DNA from: Ginglymostoma cirratum
Lineage: Eukaryota
Length of the DNA: 64,000 nucleotides
Direction of reading: 5' to 3'
Assembly: GCA_024137785.1 (NCBI GenBank)
Contig: JAHRHZ010000023.1
Location: 35,651,085 to 35,715,084, forward strand
Part shown: positions 53,001 to 64,000 of the stretch, piece by piece
Position numbering within the stretch: the stretch's first letter is position 1
Layout of the letters: every line of letters begins with the position of its first letter
Made by a program: the position numbers and the translations under genes
The notes under the pieces: generated by a model
Seen by the model: only the letters and a program-made list of their open reading frames with translations
Database searches by the model: none
Told to the model about the DNA's origin: nothing

Positions 53001-56000
53001 AGTCCTCGACAGGAAGGCAAAGGCTGGACCTTTCTGGTCCTGCCATCGCTGAGCTGCATAAATAGTCAGTTAATGACAAGAAAATGTTGGCCTACCTGAC
53101 AGATCAACCAGCGCAGGCAAGTAGTTAGTTTGTTGAGAAGGGGGTCAGCAATCTGTGCAAGATTAAAGGATTAGACCTATAACAAGAGAGTTGCTAAGAT
53201 CCACATCTTTCCCATCACTTTAGATCGCCCTAGTCACTTCTTCCCACTTCCCTAAACCAGAAACCTTCACTCAATTCCCTTTCCTGTCAACAGCCATCCA
53301 TCCTATGTATACACAAGTTGGAGGTTGTACAGGAGCAGCCATGGCCTCTAATGAGGTGTTATTGAGTTCTGGAGCTGCTGACCTCTGTTAGCTGGTAGCA
53401 TCAGTTGTTGGACTTGTTAGCTCCAGCAGAAAGCCCATCGGCAGCCAATGAACTACCTGATAGCTGGAAGGTCAGGCAGACTTCCTCACCTCACATTGCC
53501 CTCCTGTACACTCCTGCCAACAGGAAGATCCCATTAGATATTCAGATAATCAGACAAGAACAAATAATGCGAAGCTAAACAATGAGATCCTAGGACAGGT
53601 GACTAAAGGATTGGTCAATAAACTAGGTGCTGTCTTAAAGGAATATGTCAGAGTTGGGATGATATCAACAGACTGAAAGAAGTTTGGGAAGCCTGTGTCT
53701 AGGCCAGAAACTCAATCTCCCAGCAACTGACACTGTAGTGAAACTTAATTCTTTGTTTGCCACATTAATAATCAAATGTTGCAAATAAGCAAGAATTAGT
53801 TTTACAGTTCCATATGTTTTCAAATGTTGATCATATTAGTATTTTTGCCTACATTGAAGGAAAAGAGGCAGGCACAAAACATAAATGTGTGTTATTAATG
53901 CACTGCAATCTGCGTTTTTTTAAAACTAACTTTGTGAATTTTTCATACAAGAGTCCCATTGATGGGATAACAACTTTTAAAACAGTTTTGTTTGAAGGGG
54001 TAGGTTACCTGGATATTTAATATATTTTAAATCATAAATGGAAAAGAAAATTACATCAAGTTTCTTTTCAAAGAACCATTTGAATGATTCCTCAGTGTGT
54101 TTATAATCAAACCTTTTACTCATGCATTATGTCAATATTGCATTTCAGTGCAAGTTCACATAGATTTGGAATTCTACAGCATGTTTTGATATTAGACAAC
54201 ATCATCCATTAATCTTGCCCTCTTTTGGGTACATCTTCCACGAACATTCAAGAAAACTTGGCCAGGATTAAATTTTTGAATGACCAAGCATAGGGACAGG
54301 CATGTTCAGTGATGACCTAATCTCCATTCCCATAAATGAGAAAGGTTGTCATTTTAAGCACCAATCTATTTTATCATGAGCTGACCAGGTAAGCATCTTG
54401 GTGAATCATAGGCACTGGTGTTGAAGTCCTGCTTCATCAAAAAACCACAGGTATCAGGATTATTGCCGGAAATCATTGCTGGAAGCCTGGTCTTCAGAGG
54501 ATCTAACAGTGAGAGGATCAGTTTTTTTGTTTGGGTATTGCGGGATTAGTGTTGTTGGGAGAGGAGGGACCAGAGTAGGGGAGACAAAAGCAAGGTGATG
54601 GCTTTCAGCAGCTGCACCCCCACCCCCTTCACCCATCTTTGCTCCAGATTGCTACCAACTTAGGACAAATTAAACCTCCTCCCATATCAATGTGGCAGCC
54701 AGTAAACCAGCTACGGAATAAGGACCTTACTTTCAGGCACATCGAGAAAGCCCCAAAGGATTTTCTCACCCAGCATTTAGCTGCTGAATTGTTGAGAAGG
54801 GGCCAAGTAGAAAATCTCTAGAAGTAATTTGCCCAGTTATTTGTCCTTCACAAAACCTTCTCCACCACCTCGTCGGAGGGGAAATTTGCGCTCTTGGAAT
54901 TTGTGGCAGTACCAAATACAAAATGAATATTGCTTTGTGTCCATTGTCAAGATTGAAACATAATTAAAACAGGTTTGTAATATATATGTGACGAACCAGT
55001 GATGCTGCTAAAAGTCATCAGTGATGTTTCGTGCTGCAACTTAATGTATCAAAAAGGCAAAAGCATTCATTTATAACACTGTTCATTTATAATATATCAA
55101 AGAAAAAGAATTAACCACAAGACCGCCAAAAGCTATGAAAACTTAACTCAAGTATGACCTTTTTTGTAGGTTATGCTAAAGCTTAAATGTTAGGAACTTG
55201 TTCTTTATTTAGGTTGGGTTGTTGTGTCTCACTTATTAAAATGCCTGTTTTTGGTTGACGGAGTTACTATTTTCTAATTAACAGTAAATCAATGCAAAAA
55301 TTATCAGGACTCATAAATAGTACATAATATTTTTAGAGACAATTTTCCTCATGGATACCGAGGACAATATAAATGAATAAAATCTTACACTACGGGGTAG
55401 GAATGAACAGCCTATGCATTTACCATAACTTTTGTGGTCCTTTTCCCTTGGCAGTGTATATTACAAAGGATTGCCGTAATATGTCTGCACATTGAAAATT
55501 TATGCTAATGATTATTAGCATATGTAAATAGCAACACCAATTACAGCACGGCCACAAAAAGTGGAATGGGATTTCTGCGGCCTGGATGCTAAGGATCATT
55601 ATTCGCATTGCACTAACACAGATGTTAATAAGAGGAAGAATATAATTCTGCCCAGCATCTTCTTGAATTGGTTTTCTTTAACCGTGTAAATCTATAAACT
55701 AAACAAATAGGCATTCATTATTTCTCAGTACTTGGTAGGCATCTTTTACACATCCTTTCCCTGATGATAATTGATAATTGTGCACAGCACCATTTTCAAT
55801 TTATTATGTAAAGTCATGTTGTTAATTTTGCACTCACCATCCAGCACTCAGAGGGATTGCAGTCATCGAGTGAGTACTTGAACTCTTTGAATAGGTTTGA
55901 ATAGATTTAATGATCAGAATTAAAAATTCTTCCTCTCTAGCAATTAACCAGAATATATTAATAACACCAATGCATTCTTACAAGCCATCAACCAATTAAA

Positions 56001-57499
56001 AGTCTCTCATCAGCTACTTCTATGAGTGATTATATTTTGCTTTTTCAGAGAGACTATCTAAAGATAACAAGCTAATTTCAATGTGCATTTCAAATCTAAT
56101 TTCTTGATATTTCATTCCCTCTGTGGTTAATGACTAAGATAGATCAAAAGAGATAGGAAAATGCTCATGACTTTTCATAATTTTATCAGTGAGAGCAGCA
56201 CTACAATTGCAGAAAGTTTGTCAGATTAGCTTTCTGAATTGGCAGATGAGAGCACTGAAAAACTGTAATTTATTTTCTTGGTTTCTTTAAATTTGAGAAA
56301 AGAGTACGACCAGTTGCCTTATTGAGTGAATATTCAATTCAGAATGACAGATGTCTGAGTCACCAATGGCATTGATGAATTTTTAAACATTGGTCAAACA
56401 CAAAGCTACTTAAATATGAAGAAAAAATCCAGGAAATACAGTTATTGACTAATGTACAGTGTAAAGAGAAACATGCATACAGGATTGGAATCTAATAACA
56501 GTCACAACTTGAACTCAGATGTACAATTGAGTGGGCTAAGAATGTGGCAAATATTTCAAATCTTGGCATGTGATTTAGCCTGAACAGGACAGGCATCAGT
56601 AACTGCTGTAGTTTTCGAGTGACACTGGGGACAAAGAACATTAAGGATCCAAACAAACCCAATGATTTTTTTTATTACACAAGTGTGTATACATGGAACT
56701 CAGTTCCAAAAAAGACTTGCATCTCCAACTTTAGTTGTTTCACATATTGAAACATTCTTACAACCTTGTGGGGTACTCAACCTTCCTAATTATCAAATTA
56801 CTGCAAATGTTGCACATTGCACAAGGATCATGCCTCCTTACATTTTGAAACAGTTCTCCACTCTATCTCTTCACTGTTTTTTTTTATAATGTTCAAAGCA
56901 TTTTTGCCCTATATGTGTCAAAGATCGCAACAATCATTTTTCTAATAACATCAAACATTTTCCTGCTTTACACATATCATTTTGGTCCGGTCTTCATTTC
57001 TCAATTTAAGTCGGCCTCAGTTTGAGTTAGGTATATCTCAACACCTTTTGGTGCCTGCGAACGTGGAGTACCTTTCTATTTGGCTGGCTATTAACTTCTA
57101 TTTCTGTATTTTTTCTAGCAGTAACACAATGACGGTCAAAAGGAAGATACATCTGAGGCCAAAGGAATGATTCCATGGTGTCATAATGATTCCATTATTT
57201 CTGAGCTGCATAGTTTAAAAGAACCCCACTAGTTTCTTGTGGGTTATTTCCCCATTGTTCTGACACCTGGTTAAAGTACAAATGTATGGAATGAGAGAAG
57301 ACATAAGCAGATTAGTTCTGGTGTGGATGATTTGTCAATGTAACACTGGCCAGCAACTAGCTGTTGTAGAGATCATGTCCTTTGATTTTGTGCTTTTTAA
57401 AACTGTGCATTGAAGTAATAAAGAGCTTGTTTTATAACCAATGATTTAAAATATTGCTGCATCTTTTGAAAAACAAATCACCTGACGCTTACGGCACGC

Positions 57500-58295
57500 A
57501 TTGTTGAAATAATTGCTTGAACAAGTTATAATTGAAGTTGCTAATCACCTGGAGCAGAAGGGTTCTGTGCACAGATGTAGCTGGGTAACAACAGGAAGTT
57601 AATTGGTCGATGGACTAGTGACCGGTTACTGATGATACCTTTAGCCTGCCAATAACGATGTCACTCATTCTTAGGTTTGGGGCTGGGGACAAGATAGAGA
57701 AGTATTTTGATCTCCATCTGGACAGAAGTTGTCTCTCTGTTCTGCGCAGCAAAACCCATTTTAAACCCAGAGAAAATCAGCTCATTGTTTTTTTCAGTGG
57801 TGTTGTGAGTGGTGACTTTGATAAGTCAAAGACCTTTTATAAGTGAATCAGCTACCTTGTGTCTCTTGCAAACCAGTGGAAGCACTTGGAAAAGGCCACT
57901 TGCTGACCAGTATAAGACCCTAAGACTCATTGTAGCTATCTGTGAATAGGAACCATTGATCTGTCTTCCAGATTTCCAACATTCATAATCTCTTAGTATG
58001 TATATGTGCATGTTTGCATGTGTATAGGGAGTTTATAGTGGGATTAGAGTTTTAGTTTGTTGTGTTATTTGCTGACAGTTTATAACTGCTTATCTGTAAC
58101 AGGAGTCTAATTACTTGTAATAAATAGTAATTCTTGTTATGTACAGAAACTTGGTCTATGCTTTCTATAAGCCTGGGTCTGAAAATCAGGTAAATTGGGA
58201 ACTTTGTGTACTTGTTTTCAAATCTTTTAACTTTTGAAATGACTGTGGGAATGGAGGGGTTTGATTTCCAATGTGCTGCCCAGTGAGGTGTGACT
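57500..58295 (+). mobile_element. Possible solo LTR (3' part recognisable)
   Basis: AATAAA at ~58119 followed by a U5-like segment ending ...CCCAGTGAGGTGTGAC. The 5' boundary is uncertain. Confidence 0.35.
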
Positions 58296-58361
58296 TTATG
58301 ATAGAAGTGCTTAAAAGAAGAATTGCTTGCTTGATCCAAAACATGCGATATCATAAGTTGA

Positions 58362-58643
58362 GAGATAGCAGGAACTGCAGACGCTGGGGAATCCGAGATA
58401 GCAAGGTGTGGAGCTGGATGAACACAGCAGGCCAAGCAGCATCATAGGAGCAGGAAAGCTTGCGGTTTGGGCCTAAACCCTTCATCAGAAAATCACCGGA
58501 CCCGAAACGTTAACTCTGTTTTCTCCTCCACAGATGCTGCCAGACCTTTCTGAAGAAGGGTCTAAGCCTGAAACGTCAGCCTTCCTGCTGCTATGCTGCT
58601 GCTTGGCCTGCTGTGTTCATCCAGCCTCACACCTTGCTATCTC
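58362..58643. mobile_element. Fold-back PLE mini-element, family A arms enclosing a family B fragment
   Basis: Inverted family A arms. Loop 58493-58547 TCACCGGACCCGAAACGTTAACTCTGTTTTCTCCTCCACAGATGCTGCCAGACC is family B. TSD ATATCATAAGTTGA 58348-58361 / ATATTATAAGTTGA 58644-58657. Confidence 0.9.
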
Positions 58644-58714
58644 ATATTATAAGTTGATACCTCTTCACATTCTGCCAATGGAATTTACCATCTCCTACTG
58701 CTTTTGAGTGACAA

Positions 58715-58835
58715 GACAGTCAAAGATTATGAGGGGCAGACTGGAAATGCAGCACAACCAGATCAGCTATGATCTTGATGAATGAAAGCTAGCTTGATGG
58801 ACCGAATGGCCTACCCCTGCTCCAATTTGTTATGA
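58715..58835 (+). mobile_element. CR1 3' tail
   Basis: GATCAGCTATGATCTTGATGAATG...GATGGACCGAATGGCCTACCCCTGCTCC..TTATG. Confidence 0.65.
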
Positions 58836-59540
58836 AGTTATAAAGACCAAGGTCTTGAGATGGACAAGACATGATTTTATTCTTGGTAGTTGTGAAACCA
58901 GGTGATTAAGAGAACTTATTCTCTTATACACTTATGTCCCATTTTACCTTCATCCCATTCTTATTGTCTTCATATTCATGTTATATTTATGTACATGATT
59001 ATCATCCCCATGAATAACATTGAACAGCACAACACATAGTTTCCAATTCTGCTGATGTAACTGACTTTATTTTATAGACAAACCCATCCTTACACTGCAA
59101 AATTATGTTGAGAAGAAATTTTTGTTGGCGGCCCCGAATAATTCCCTATCTTAAAGAATGTTATTTATTACAAAGTTGACCTCCCTGTCACCTTGTTTTG
59201 ATTTATACCATCTTCAAGGATTTGTTGCACTCTTGGGTTTTGTCAAGAAGTTTGTTTTAATGAACGTTCTAATGAGTTAACGCAACACTGGAGCGGAGTT
59301 TGGCATGTCAAACTTCGATAATTAGATTGCACTGGTCAGTTTGAAATCAGCAGAAATGAATATATAATTCTCTAAAAGAATTCTGCATCTTGCATTGAAA
59401 TAAAAATGGTGCTTGGGGAATTTAAAACTCATATGTAAAAGCAATTGCTGTCATAACTGGCATTTCCTCACAGATCAGACTTGCAGTCAAGTTATCACGA
59501 AATGGATAGGACAGGGTTTCCCAGATATTTAAAAAAGACT

Positions 59541-59668
59541 TTCTGAAAAAGGGTCCCAACCCGAAACGTCAGCTTTCCTTCTTTTCTGATGCTGCCTGGC
59601 CTGCTGCGTTCCTCCAGCTCCACACTGTTATCTCAGACTCCAGCATCGGTAGTTTGTACTATCTCTAA
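59541..59668 (+). mobile_element. PLE tail (family A variant)
   Basis: CTGAAAA-A-GGGTCCCAACCC-GAAAC-GTC-AGCTTTCC...CTCCAGCATC (core G8 mutated). Confidence 0.8.
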
Positions 59669-62211
59669 GTATTGAACCTTTGTCTTTTCTAGTTTCTAAT
59701 AAATAAACACATGACAGTTTGTGTACTTAATTGCAATCATTAAGTTGCACAAGGGTATTCATTTTTCAGTTGTGAACGACAATTCAAAGATGCATTTTAT
59801 TGTCCATTTAGAGTTAGAATATGAGCCTTCTCTTTGAGTGACTACAGTTCTTAGCTTGATGATGCTGCCGTGGCGGTGTTGGACTGGAAATTTCAGAATG
59901 CTGAGTCAGTGACAATCAAGAAATGGCAGTACAGAACCAAGTTAGGACAAGATGTGAATTGTAATGAAAGTTGTATATGTTGTTCCTGTGATGTCGTTCC
60001 CTTTCCCTTCCTCTCACTACAGACTATGAGTTGGAGAGATACTGTAAATTTAAGCTTACTATGTTGTTGCAGCATTCTGTGAACAGTGCACACTACAGCC
60101 CTAAATGAAGGGTGTGGATGTGGAATCCAATGGAAGGGGTACCAAGTGAAATACTGGGGCCTGAACTGTGCTCAATTTCTAAAATACTGGTGTATCTACA
60201 CTTGCCCAATTACTTAAGAGTCCTGATTTCTGTCTGTAGGTGATGGCGAGGATGCGAGATGTCAAGAATTGAGTACCTGCTGGTGAATATCCAGCTCCTG
60301 TATTGGTAAATATCTATATCGTTAATTTAGGTGATCCAGTTCAATGAGCCATATTCCAGTGAGCTATGCGTCTACATGCAGAGTATTTATGAGTAAGGCA
60401 AACTATACCTTGTTACCTCAAATTGTCCACCTCAGATCTGTGGGCTAGTTGTTATCCTAATCAGGAGAAATTTCAAATTATTGAAGGAACATCATGAGCT
60501 TTACTAGCTATCAACTGTGCCCTGAAATAAAATGTACTCCCACATAAGAGGTTCCAAACCAGCAAAATTCTCTCAGGATAGAATGTATTTGCAGGTATAT
60601 AAAGGCAGAAAGAATTTATGTAAGTCAACCTATCTCAGCAAATAGAAGCGTAGTTTGAGAATTCTTAGATATGTTCACCTATGTATAGGTTCTTGTGGGC
60701 CTAAGTATGAGTCCACAACTGTAAAGAAGGAGAATACAATTTTGAACTCTATTCTGTTTTATTTTTAATAAGGTGGCTGATGTGTTTTCATGTGTTGGTT
60801 TTTTAAGGAGATCTTTTGAAGACTTCTGTAGCTGTTAGAAAATAAGTTGCAATAGTGTTTTGTCGAATCTTATAGAAACAAAGGAATAATAATAGCTCCT
60901 TGTTGTGTTATGTCTCCTTTTAGTATATCAGGATACCTTCAAGACACATGCTCATATATTATCACCATATCATAGAACATAGCCATGAAGGTATAAAGAT
61001 CTCAGGCTTAACCTAAACGTGGGTCACTTGAAGTATGGCAAATTGATGAAAGTATGATACAGTTTGCAAAAAATAGCCTAATGTCAGGTCAGACAATAAA
61101 GTGCCTGTTCATATAATATTTGTACATTCCAGTGAGTTATTTCTTTCTATTCCATGGTACACACATCAGAGTTTCTTAACTTATAAAGGATGTGATAATC
61201 ATTGCCGTATCAGGCAAAGTGAACTGCTTGAGGAAAATGCAAGTCATTCCTTCTCTCGGAGGTTTGGTTTAGAGTAAGCAAACTCACAGGTATAAGATTT
61301 GAAATAGCAGTACCACCAACTGCCATTTCCCTCTGCCTGCAAAACTCATCTGAAAACAACGTACTGGCAATTTCACATTGCTTACATTCCACTTTAAATT
61401 TTAACTCTTTAATTGTTAGAATAATTTGTGATTTTGTTTACAAAAGAAGCATTGATCTAAATAGTGACACCTCAGAGGAAAGCTGCATTTACAAAGGCAA
61501 TGACTTTCTGGAATGTATTCAGTGTGGAATCATACAATTTAGAACTGAGAGCAGAGAGGCCCAGGCAAGATTGATGTGTATTGAATCTGAATTAGTTAAC
61601 AATCTGAGTCCAAGGAAACATCTCGTGAACAGTGAGCATAATATGATTGAATTTGATGTTAGGTTTGAGATGGAGGACTGAAAGCCAAGTTTTTGAATTC
61701 ACACATGGCAAATATTATAGTGAGGAAGAATAAATCGATCGCATAACACAAAAATGTTGCTGTGTGCAGACAAGCCTTTTTGGTGTAATGTAAAATATTC
61801 CTAAATGGTTAAAGCTCCACTTGTTTGCTGAACAATCATGGCCAACAAACAAGATGACAACCAGCATCAAGATAAAAGAAATGGGTTTATGCGGCAAGGA
61901 GAAATGTAAATCCAGTCAATTGGGAGAGATATTAAACCAACAAAAAATATAAAAAATTAAATTAATGGGCCAAAAATACAAATATTAATTAAACTTTGCA
62001 AGCGATGTCAAAGATCACTTTTTTAAAAAATTCATATGCTATGAGAAATAGGGGAATTATGAGTCCCTTAAAGATACTTCCAATTTTATAATGGATAGTA
62101 AGGAAATTGGTAGAATTCTTAAACTAATAGAAGTAGAATACACATATTAGTCATACATGCGAACCTAAAAAGTAAGTGCAAGTTTAGCGAAAAATAATAT
62201 TTTGTTAAAAA

Positions 62212-62552
62212 AGTAAGGTGCTATTGCAGGACTGTTAGTCCAGAGATCCAGGTAATGTTCTGGGAACTTGGGTTCAAATCCCACCTTGGCAGATGGTGGA
62301 ATTTGAACTCAATATAAAAAATCCGGAATTAAGAATGTAATGATGACCATGAAACCATTGTCGATTGTCAGGAAAAACCCATCTGGTTCACTAACTCCTT
62401 TTAGGGAAGGAAGCTGCCATCCTTACCTAGTCTGGTCTACATGTGACTCCAGACCCACAGCAATCTGGTTGACTCTTGACTATCTCTGGGATAGGCAATA
62501 AATTCTAGCTTAGCCAGCAATGTCGTCATCTTATGAATGACTCAACAAAAAA
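62212..62552 (+). mobile_element. tRNA-derived SINE (62928 family)
   Basis: GGTTCAAATCC B box, with body and tail matching 62928-63290. Confidence 0.85.
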
Positions 62553-62927
62553 GGTGAGCTCAGTTAATAATCATATGCAAATGCATGAAATCGAGTAGTT
62601 ACCACCAGTTGGTCAGACTCTGAACTCACTGTTTAAATCCCAAGTGAAGAATCAAGGTTTTCTTTCCTCAATGTCAAGAATCTGATATTTACATTTTTCC
62701 ATATTGTATTTGTATGTATTTTCCACATAACTCAATGGTACAGGAAATTCTGCCCTATATTATCGAGAATTTAGAAGAATACAAGTTGTTAAAGGATATT
62801 GGAATGATTTGGGAAGCTGGAGTTGCCACAGAAAATTATCTATGATCTAATTACATGTGAATTGAAAAGCTGACTCCCTATGTTCATATGTCAAAGCTGA
62901 CACTTTTTGAGTTTCTTTCCTATCCAT

Positions 62928-63290
62928 GGGGGAGGCAATGGCCCAGTGGTATGATTGCTGGACTGTTAATCCAGAGACCCAGGAAATATTCCAGGGACTG
63001 GGGTTCAAATCCCACAACAACAGCAGCTGGTGGAATTTGAGTTCAATTTTTTAAAAAGTCTGGAATTAACAATCTAATGATGACCATGAATGCATTGTCA
63101 ATTGTTGCAAAAACCCATCTGGTTCACTACTGTTCTTTAGGGAAGGAAACTGCCATCCTTACCTGGTCTAGCCTACATGGGACTCCAGACCCACAGCAAT
63201 GTGGTTGACTCTTAACTGCCCTCTGAGCAATTAGGGATGGGCAATAAATGCTGCCTAGCCAGTGATGCCCTCATCCTGTGAATGAATAAA
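62928..63290 (+). mobile_element. Full-length tRNA-derived SINE with LINE-derived tail
   Basis: A box TGGCCCAGTGG (62939-62949), B box GGTTCAAATCC (63002-63012), and 3' end GAATGAATAAA shared with the LINE end at 7195-7260. Confidence 0.85.
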
Positions 63291-63419
63291 GGATCTCCTC
63301 TCATATTCTCTCCAAGTATACCTCCTGCTCTCTGAACAAAATTAGCCCCAAACTCTTAAGCAGACAGTTTCTCTTGCTGTTGCCCAAGTAATTTGAAGTC
63401 TTTAGCAATATAGACTACT

Positions 63420-64000
63420 AAAAAAAAGTAGAGATGGCAGAGTGTCTTGCTTTAATCCTCCTTTATGTGGGGGATATGCCAGAGGATTGAAAAATGTTAG
63501 GTATGTGATAGTCCTGGCAACTACAAGCTAATTAATTTAGTATTAGTGATGAGAAAGGTGTTGTAATATTTAATCAAAGAACAAAATCAACAAGAGACTA
63601 GGAAAGGTTTAAGTTAATTAAGGACAATAGAATGGATTTATAAACTACAAATTTTGCTTGATGAATCCAGTTGATTGTTTTGATGAAGTATCAGAAAACA
63701 TTGAGGGAAGTATGGTGGAATTTTCTTTCAATATCAGGGATCTGATATTTAGATTTCACCAGCATTGCAAAAAGTGGTTGGTAATGTCTGCATGAACTTT
63801 AGAAAGCTTTTGACATAATATCATGTAAAAGGCTGGCAAAATTGAGGCTTATGGAATAGGATGATCAGTGTTCAGCTGAATAAAAGAAGTTGTCTGAAGA
63901 GCAGAAAGTAGCATGCTGTGATGATTGTTTCCTGGATTGGAAGGCGGTAGATAGTGGTGTTCCCCAAGGTTCAGTTATAGGGCCATGGCCTTTCAGTGAT
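63420..64000 (+). mobile_element. Decayed CR1 RT fragment, runs off window end
   Basis: PGNYKLINL, MNFRKLLT (xDFxKAFD) and DWKAVDSGVPQGSVIGP motifs in order. Confidence 0.8.

Noticed and set aside
54305-54390. C/D-box snoRNA-like GTGATGA...CTGA spacing
   Set aside because: No terminal stem and no recognisable rRNA/snRNA antisense guide; expected by chance.
19116-59668. Dispersed near-identical palindromic repeats as a CRISPR array or DNA-transposon MITEs
   Set aside because: Eukaryotic context with no regular spacers. Arms are asymmetric, TSDs are long, and the arms match the 3' tail of a GIY-YIG PLE.
62928-63020. tRNA gene (A and B boxes)
   Set aside because: No cloverleaf; it is the head of a multi-copy SINE.

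Overview
Vertebrate non-coding DNA, AT-rich and repeat-dense, with one 400-N gap (32134-32533). The repeat set points to a cartilaginous fish, most likely a shark (inference): HE1/V-type tRNA SINEs, CR1 and Rex/Babar LINE relics, and Penelope-like elements (PLEs). I found no recognisable intact host gene or exon, so this is probably a large intron or intergenic DNA. The dominant signal is about 18 PLE-derived insertions from at least four tail families. They end in minimal hammerhead-ribozyme (HHR) motifs (CUGANGA-stem II-GAAAC-GUH). Two copies keep GIY-YIG endonuclease remnants (Neptune-like 19116-20282, Poseidon-like about 15126-15963). Many others are tiny coding-free fold-back units with clear target-site duplications (TSDs), repeatedly 14 bp, and one is a chimera of two families. 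Also present are decayed Harbinger transposase and Myb-like genes, a Gypsy pol fragment, an old RTE-like LINE, and an unexplained coding-like relic at about 26-31.7 kb. That relic has a stop-interrupted CCHC knuckle and coiled-coil-like translation. All alignments were done by eye and boundaries of old elements are approximate.
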